A DNA stretch of 63,994 nt, the filler included, from Sandaracinaceae bacterium (GTDB lineage Bacteria; Myxococcota_A; Polyangia; Polyangiales; JADJQN01), in assembly GCA_947483975.1 (NCBI GenBank). It is 8 parts of 8 records of this genome, joined end to end, with 100 filler letters (N's around TTAATTAATTAA, not from the genome) between each part and the next. Parts side by side here need not be neighbours in the genome. Positions count along the whole stretch, not along the records: positions 57,936 to 63,994 come from CANKOL010000315.1; 7 more parts are not named here. One strand, given 5' to 3'. Below are positions 58,294-63,994 of this stretch, piece by piece; the first letter of the stretch is position 1; each line of letters starts with the position of its first letter. A model generated the notes under the pieces. The model was not told the origin of the DNA. It saw only the letters and a program-made list of their open reading frames with translations, and ran no database searches. The translations under genes were made by a program, and so were the position numbers.

Positions 58294-58772
58294 GGTCCAT
58301 GAACGCCCGCCGCCGATTCCTGACTCTCTCGCTCTGCTCGTTCTTCCTGAACGTGCTTCTGGCCACCGTCCTCGCGCTCTCGAGCGGCTGCGGTGGCAAG
58401 CCCCGCGTGCGCTGCGAGCGCTGCGGGATGTTCCTCGACGCCAACCCGCGCTGGGCCGCGGGCGCCGTCGCGGCAGGCGGGCGCGACGTGCACTTCGACG
58501 CGCCGCGCTGCTTGTTCGCGTGGCTGCAGTCGACCGCGGGCATCGGCGCAGAGGGCCCGTGGGTCACGGAGTACTACACGCAGCACAAGCGCCCGGCGGC
58601 GTTCGTCTGGTACGTCGTCGGCGCCGACCTCACCGGGCCTATGGGCCCCGACTTCGTGCCGATCGGCGACGAGGTCGGCGCAGAGCGCTTCCGCGGAGAG
58701 CACAGCGCGCGCGCCGTGCTGCGCTACGACGCGATCGACGCCGCGGCGCTGACGCGCCTCGACGCGCACTGA
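58290..58772 (+). CDS. nosL: NosL-family copper-binding lipoprotein
   Basis: Lipobox SSGC; CERCGM, FDAPRC, WVTEY, YVVG, GPMG. Confidence 0.82.
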   Translation: MRSMNARRRFLTLSLCSFFLNVLLATVLALSSGCGGKPRVRCERCGMFLDANPRWAAGAVAAGGRDVHFDAPRCLFAWLQSTAGIGAEGPWVTEYYTQHKRPAAFVWYVVGADLTGPMGPDFVPIGDEVGAERFRGEHSARAVLRYDAIDAAALTRLDAH

Positions 58773-58783
58773 GCAGGCCACCT

Positions 58784-58884
58784 CGACGGACGACGGGCGC
58801 GCCGTCTCGATGGACGACGGGCGCGCCGTCTCTACGCACGCTGGGCGCGCAGGCTCAGCGCGCGCAGGCTCAGGGCGCGCAGGC
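58784..58884. repeat. Short tandem duplications between convergent genes
   Basis: Two 24-bp copies CGA(C/T)GGACGACGGGCGCGCCGTCT and about three 15-bp-period GCGCGCAGGC(TCAG) units. Confidence 0.7.
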
Positions 58885-59490
58885 GCCCGACGAGAGCGCC
58901 GCGACGCGCTCGTCCGCCCAACGCTGCGCGCTCGCGCGCCACTCTTCGCTGACGGGGCCGCCCTCGGTCCGCACGACGCGGTCGAGGACGGGCGCGCCGT
59001 CCGTGCCCGCGCGGAACACGAGCACGCCGTCCGAGTCGTACTCCATCGCGGCGTGGTGTCGGCAAGTGTCGCCCTCGCAGACGACCGCCTCCTCATCGCC
59101 GGACTCGAAGCGCACATGCAGGTCGCTGACGACCCGCTCGAGGCGCGTCGCGAGCGCCGCACCGCAGAGGCGCTCCGCGACCCTCACCTCGCCGTTGGCG
59201 CCGATGCGCGGATCCTCCCCGCTCGGGTCCGTGAAGACCTCGACGAAGAGCACCCCACGCGCCGCGTCGACGTGCGCGGCGAAGGGCTCCGAGCCATCGG
59301 CCAGGGCGCGCAGCAGCGGCAGCGTCGGCGCCGCTGCGACGGGAGATGCGCCCTCGGCGGGCGTCCCCTGCGCGCGAGTCGCGCCCGCCGCGCCACCGCA
59401 GCCGACGAGCGCGAGCGCGACGAGGACCGCCGCGAGCCTGCCCCTACCGATCACTCCGCTCATCCGTCCCGCCGTGCGCTCGTTCGCCAT
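58870..59490 (-). CDS. Hypothetical lipoprotein
   Basis: Signal LAAVLVALALVGC; start 59490 or 59463. Confidence 0.6.
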   Translation of the reverse strand: MANERTAGRMSGVIGRGRLAAVLVALALVGCGGAAGATRAQGTPAEGASPVAAAPTLPLLRALADGSEPFAAHVDAARGVLFVEVFTDPSGEDPRIGANGEVRVAERLCGAALATRLERVVSDLHVRFESGDEEAVVCEGDTCRHHAAMEYDSDGVLVFRAGTDGAPVLDRVVRTEGGPVSEEWRASAQRWADERVAALSSGACAP

Positions 59491-59607
59491 GGGCCGGATC
59501 CTGGGGCTCTCAGCCGCGTACGCAATCGTCGGACGGGAGGATTTCGCCGCCGCGCGCGGGCACTGAGCGCTTCTCCGCCGCGGCCACATCGACCACACTG
59601 ACGGCCG

Positions 59608-61209
59608 ATGCACGACGAGTCCGCTCCCGAGTCGGCTGCCGCGGGCCAGGTGCTCGCCGCCGACACCGCGACGCTCGAGCGCTGGGAGCGCCTCGACGGC
59701 GTGCGGGTCGCGCGAGAGGCCTTGCGAGAGGCGTTCGGGCTCGAGCTGATCCTGACGACGACCGACGGCGCGCTCGCGCACCAGCGCGGCGGCGTGCTCA
59801 CCGCCTCGGGCGAGGCGTGCCGGGTGTCGCTCTTCTCGCGCGAGGGCTTCGCGCGCTGCGACGCCTTCTACCGCGAGCTCGCCGCCTCGTCTGAGCCGTG
59901 CACGTCGGAGTGTCCGCTCGGGCTGCGCGCCATCTCGGTGCCGGTCGTCCTCGATGGGGTCGCCGAGGCGCACCTCGTCGCATCGGGCTTCGCGGCGCCG
60001 TCCCTGCCGAGCCCGGGGCACCCGCCCTACGACCCGACGCGCCTCGCGCACGCGCTGCACGCGCTCGACCCGCACCTCCCCGATCCGTCCGCGCCCGTGC
60101 GCGAGGTGCAGGCGCTGCGCGCGAGCGCCGTCGAGTCCGCGCGCGGCGTGCTGCGCGTCGCCGCGAGAGAGATCGTCGCGCACGAGTCGGCGATGCGCGG
60201 GCGACGCTCGGCGCAAGAAGCAGGCACCGACGGGCTCCCCGGTCGCTGGGGCATGGTCGGCGCCTCGCCTCGGCTGCGCGAGGTCTTCGACTTGCTCGAG
60301 CGCGTCGCGCGCGGCCACAGCAGCGTCGTCATCTCGGGCGAGAGCGGCACCGGCAAAGAGCTCGTCGCCCGCGCGCTCCACGCGCACGGCCCGCGCGCGC
60401 GCCGCCCGTTCGTCGCGCAGAACTGCGCCGCGATGGCCGACGAGCTGCTCGAGAGCACGCTCTTCGGGCACGTGAAGGGCGCGTTCTCAGGCGCGGCGCG
60501 CGGCACGCTCGGCGTCTTCGGCGCGGCCGATCGCGGCACGCTCTTCCTCGACGAGGTCGGCGATATGTCGCCCGCTTTGCAGGTGAAGCTGCTGCGCGTG
60601 CTCTCCGACGGCACGTATCTGCCCGTGGGCGGGGTCGAGCCGCGGCGCGCCGACGTCCGGCTGATCGCCGCGTCGCACAAGAGCCTCGCGGACCTCGTCG
60701 AGCGCGGGACGTTTCGCCAGGATCTCTACTTCCGCCTGCACGTCGTCAGCGTTCACCTGCCTGCGCTGCGCGACCGGCCGGGGGATCTGCCGCTCCTCCT
60801 GCAGCACCTCGTCGCGAAGCACCCCGGCGTCCCGGCGCGCGTCTCGCCCGCCGCGCTCGCGTGCCTCGAGCGCTATCGCTTCCCCGGCAACATCCGCGAG
60901 CTCGCGTCCGAGGTCGCCCGCTGGCAGGTGACGGCGAGCGGCGCGCCGGAGATCGGCCCCGAGCACCTCTCGCCCAACGTGCGCGCGGCGGGCGGCTTCT
61001 CGGGCGGACACGACGGCGCGCTCGCAGCCCAAGCCGCCGCCGGCGAGGCGACGCTCGCGGAGGCGGTCGAGAGCCTCGAGCGCGCGCTGATCGCCCGCGG
61101 CCTCGAGCGCACCGGCGGCGTCCGCGCGCGCCTCGCCCGCGAGCTCGGCATCAGCCGCACCACGCTCAACGAGCGCATCGCGCGCTATGGGCTCGCGGAA
61201 GACGACTGA
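59608..61209 (+). CDS. PocR-sensor sigma54-interaction transcriptional regulator
   Basis: PocR-like CPLGLRAISVPVVLDG; GESGTGKE, GAFSGA, FLDEVGD, FPGNIREL; HTH LGISRTTL. Confidence 0.88.
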   Translation: MHDESAPESAAAGQVLAADTATLERWERLDGVRVAREALREAFGLELILTTTDGALAHQRGGVLTASGEACRVSLFSREGFARCDAFYRELAASSEPCTSECPLGLRAISVPVVLDGVAEAHLVASGFAAPSLPSPGHPPYDPTRLAHALHALDPHLPDPSAPVREVQALRASAVESARGVLRVAAREIVAHESAMRGRRSAQEAGTDGLPGRWGMVGASPRLREVFDLLERVARGHSSVVISGESGTGKELVARALHAHGPRARRPFVAQNCAAMADELLESTLFGHVKGAFSGAARGTLGVFGAADRGTLFLDEVGDMSPALQVKLLRVLSDGTYLPVGGVEPRRADVRLIAASHKSLADLVERGTFRQDLYFRLHVVSVHLPALRDRPGDLPLLLQHLVAKHPGVPARVSPAALACLERYRFPGNIRELASEVARWQVTASGAPEIGPEHLSPNVRAAGGFSGGHDGALAAQAAAGEATLAEAVESLERALIARGLERTGGVRARLARELGISRTTLNERIARYGLAEDD

Positions 61210-61212
61210 GGC

Positions 61213-61896
61213 TCAGAACCACTTCTTGTTGGCGCGCTCGACGACCAAACGCCCGGTCCACGAGCCACTGTCCTCGCCCGTATCGACGGTCAGCGTCGTC
61301 GGCTGCGCGACGTAGCTGTCGAGGCGGCGGCTGACGAGCAGCCACGCGTGCAGGTTCGTGCCGTCGGTGCTGACGGGCCGGACGCGCTCATCGCTATCGT
61401 CCGAGAGCCCACGCGAACCCACCGCATCGAAGCCGCTGTGGCACGTGTCCGGATCGCCGCCCAGGGCGATGAAGTCACCGCCCGTCGGGCTCGTGCAATG
61501 GAAGTTGATCGGGCCGACCGACATCCCCTCAGAGTCGATCCGCCCGGCGACTCCGAACCCGCCCGGGCCAGCCTGCGTCGAGACGAGGGGACCGCTGACC
61601 TCGAGCCACAGGTAATAGGACTCGAGCCCCTCCGCGGGGAAGCTGAGCGTGAAGCGCCCACCCGCCTGGACCGGCGTCTCGGCGACGACCTCGCCGAACT
61701 GCTTGGTCGCGATCTCATCGTGCCAGTAGACGGCGCCGCCGCCGCCGCACATCACGATCACGAGGAGCCCGAGACACCCCACGCAGCCGATGATGAGGCC
61801 CAGCTTCGACTTCTTCTTCGGCGGTTGCTGCGGCATCTGCGGCTGCGTCTGCTGAGGCGCGGCCCCACCCGGCGTCCAAGGTCCTTGATTCTGCAT
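61213..61896 (-). CDS. Hypothetical bitopic membrane protein
   Basis: Gln/Pro-rich N-terminus, KKKSK then Cys/Gly-rich TM helix; GGGGA RBS. Confidence 0.7.
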   Translation of the reverse strand: MQNQGPWTPGGAAPQQTQPQMPQQPPKKKSKLGLIIGCVGCLGLLVIVMCGGGGAVYWHDEIATKQFGEVVAETPVQAGGRFTLSFPAEGLESYYLWLEVSGPLVSTQAGPGGFGVAGRIDSEGMSVGPINFHCTSPTGGDFIALGGDPDTCHSGFDAVGSRGLSDDSDERVRPVSTDGTNLHAWLLVSRRLDSYVAQPTTLTVDTGEDSGSWTGRLVVERANKKWF

Positions 61897-62015
61897 TTAT
61901 CCCCGTCGTGCACGGAGTCCGCGAATTGCAGGCTCTCGGCGGCGCGAAAGTGCCGGATCAGCCCCCTGCGAGTCAACAGCGCCCCTTGACGCCTCGCGCG
62001 GCGCACCCTACATCC

Positions 62016-62048
62016 CTGACCGGCCGGCCAGTCTAGCTAGACGGTCAG
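62016..62048. promoter_or_regulatory. Putative TetR operator(s)
   Basis: Near-palindrome CTGACCGGCCGGCCAG (62016-62031) and a second half-site CGGTCAG, downstream of TTGACG-N17-TACATC. Confidence 0.45.
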
Positions 62049-62089
62049 GCTGGACGGCACGCCGAACCGCTCACGAGGCCACCGCACCC

Positions 62090-62776
62090 ATGATCGAATC
62101 CTCGCCCCCGCGTCCGCTCTCGGCGCCCTTCCGACGCACCTCCGCGGACAACGGGCAGGTCGCCGTGATCCTCGCCGCGGCGGAGGGCTGCTTCGCGAGC
62201 GCGGGCTACTCGGGCGCGTCGATGCGCGAGATCTCGCAGCGCGCCGGCGTCTCGAAGAGCCTGCTGCACTATCACTTCGAGTCGAAGGAGCACCTCTTCG
62301 TCGAGGTGCATATCCGCGCCTATGACCGCCTCGCCGCGAAGGTGACCGCGGCCGTCGCGCAGCTCGACGGCGGCGTCGAGCGCGGGCTGTTCGCGTTCGA
62401 CGCGCTCTTCGTGGCGCTCCGCGAGAGCAACGATCTGATGGTGCAGGCGGAGCTCTGGACGGCCGCGCTCTCGAGCCCCGCGCTCCGCGAGCACGTCGTG
62501 CGCCTGCGCGAATTCGTGCGCGATCTCTTGATCCGCTCGATCGAGAACATCCTCGGCCCCGACCGCGAGCACCTGCCGATGAGCGTCGAGGTCGCCGCGG
62601 ATCTGATCTGGGCGACGCTGAACGGCCTCGGCATCGAGTCCGCGTTCCGCGAGCCGCCGGAGCGCATCGACCGCGCGTTGCTCGGCCTCCGCAGTCTCTT
62701 TGCCATGGCGCTCAGTCAGGGGAGCGCCGCGCCACGCTCTGCGCCATCGAACAGCCGCCGGAAGAACGAGAGGTGA
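62090..62776 (+). CDS. TetR/AcrR-family transcriptional regulator
   Basis: ILAAAEGCFASAGYSGASMREISQRAGVSKSLLHYHFESKEHL. Confidence 0.93.
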   Translation: MIESSPPRPLSAPFRRTSADNGQVAVILAAAEGCFASAGYSGASMREISQRAGVSKSLLHYHFESKEHLFVEVHIRAYDRLAAKVTAAVAQLDGGVERGLFAFDALFVALRESNDLMVQAELWTAALSSPALREHVVRLREFVRDLLIRSIENILGPDREHLPMSVEVAADLIWATLNGLGIESAFREPPERIDRALLGLRSLFAMALSQGSAAPRSAPSNSRRKNER

Positions 62777-62780
62777 CCGC

Positions 62781-63941
62781 ATGAAATTCGAGAAGCTGCC
62801 CGTCAATCCCCGCATCGTGGCCGCCAACCGTGAGGTCGAGCGCGCGGCGAACAAGGCCATCCGCGCCTTCGACGCCGTCAAGTCGAAGCTCGGGCTCCGC
62901 GGGCGCGCGGCCGCGTACGACGACGAGGCGTACGAGTTCGTCGGCGGCCCCAACGACGCGATGCGCAGGAAGCACTACGACAAGAGCCTGCGCCTCCTGT
63001 GGAAGGCCGAGCAGGCCGCGCCTTGGTCGACCTTCAACGACGCGACGGATGGCGAGAAGGTCCTGATCGGCATGGCCGAGCGCGGCATGAGCGACGCCGA
63101 GAAGGCCGCCCGCGCGCGCATCTCGAGCGCCGAGTTTCGGGCGCTCCTCGACCGCGAGTACACGCTCGCCGAGAAGAAGGCGATCGTCGCGATCCTCTCG
63201 GCGATCGGGCACGGCGAGGCCTACGCGTGGATGGTCTCGGCCTCGACGCTGACCGAGGTGAAGAGCACCGGCGCGAAGGCCGCGGTCACGATGCAGGTGA
63301 TGGAGGAGGCCAAGCACTTCGTCGTGCTGCGCGAGCTGATCCAGGCGTTCAACGTCGAGATCCCGCGGCAGAGCGCGTGGGAATACCTGCTGCTCGAGGG
63401 CGCGCTCAAGGCTCGCGGGCTCGACAAATTCTTCGGGATGAACGTCATCGTCGAGACGGTCGCGCTCAACATCTTCGGGATGTTCAGCGACAAGCCGGGG
63501 CTCGAGGTGCTGCGCCTCTTTCACCTCGACGAGTCGCGGCACACGGCGCTGCCGGACAACTACTTCAAGGAATTCCCCATGACCGCTTGGGAGCGCGGGA
63601 ACCCGCGGGCGCGGCTCGCGCGCCTGAAGATGGTGCTGCCGCTCTTGCCGCTCGTGTTCTTCCTCGAGGCGGATCTCAGCGAGCTAGGCGTCGACCCGTT
63701 CTCGTTCGCGGGCGCGGTGCTGCGCAAGACGACGGTGCTCTCCGAGCGCTCGGGCTTCAAGCTGCCGATGCCGGGCACGCAGCTGATGTCGGTGTTCAAC
63801 GCGGCGTTCAATGCGTACTGCTCCGCCACGCGCGAAGGGCACGTCTGGCAGAACTACATGAACGCGGAGACGACGCACGGCGTCGCCGAAGCCGCCATCG
63901 AGCGCGAGATCTTCGGCAGCCCCGCGCTGCACGCCGCCTAG
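62781..63941 (+). CDS. Ferritin-like diiron protein (AurF/desaturase-like class)
   Basis: GAGGTG RBS; HGEAYA, EEAKH, VETVA and DESRH give two E..ExxH sets. Confidence 0.78.
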   Translation: MKFEKLPVNPRIVAANREVERAANKAIRAFDAVKSKLGLRGRAAAYDDEAYEFVGGPNDAMRRKHYDKSLRLLWKAEQAAPWSTFNDATDGEKVLIGMAERGMSDAEKAARARISSAEFRALLDREYTLAEKKAIVAILSAIGHGEAYAWMVSASTLTEVKSTGAKAAVTMQVMEEAKHFVVLRELIQAFNVEIPRQSAWEYLLLEGALKARGLDKFFGMNVIVETVALNIFGMFSDKPGLEVLRLFHLDESRHTALPDNYFKEFPMTAWERGNPRARLARLKMVLPLLPLVFFLEADLSELGVDPFSFAGAVLRKTTVLSERSGFKLPMPGTQLMSVFNAAFNAYCSATREGHVWQNYMNAETTHGVAEAAIEREIFGSPALHAA

Positions 63942-63994
63942 CGGCGCTTCGCGCAGCAACGGAGGGGAAGCCCGCGGAGGCTCCGCTGCAAAGC

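Noticed and set aside
58784..58884. Short repeats downstream of nosL as a mobile element or array
   Set aside because: Only two or three copies of GC-rich units with no IR/TSD pattern; most simply slippage duplications.

Overview
This very GC-rich window is not continuous DNA. It holds eight unrelated contigs of about 8 kb, joined by 100-bp artificial spacers (N44-TTAATTAATTAA-N44), so gene neighbourhoods are meaningful only within a contig. The gene content (mglBA, a eukaryotic-like Ser/Thr kinase, an FHA-sigma54 activator, a MYXO-CTERM-like tag, many Cys-rich lipoproteins) indicates a myxobacterium, probably Polyangiales-like (inference). Recognisable genes include glgC, rpe, grxC, mglA, mglB, sppA, moeA, a P-type ATPase, an M16 peptidase pair, MFS, MATE and FadL-type transporters, nosL and tRNA-Leu(UAA). 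The six most notable observations are: (1) a ~1400-aa protein with an N-terminal lipobox, an internal MYXO-CTERM-like segment and a second internal lipoprotein-type signal, which may be a surface polyprotein; (2) a less GC-biased island where all six plus-strand genes encode predicted lipoproteins, including a paralogous CsgG/LpoB-like pair, next to a duplicated XRE-HTH/operator module; (3) a complete IS4 element whose 11-bp target duplication is the RBS and start codon of a VWA lipoprotein gene; (4) a tyrosine integrase whose reading frame runs through the antisense of the tRNA-Leu gene (Mx8-like attP within int); (5) a lipoprotein with phospho-His swivel and PPDK-type ATP-grasp domains; (6) an orphan McrB-like AAA+ protein lacking the NxxD motif and an adjacent McrC. 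All family calls come from reading motifs by eye; no searches were run.
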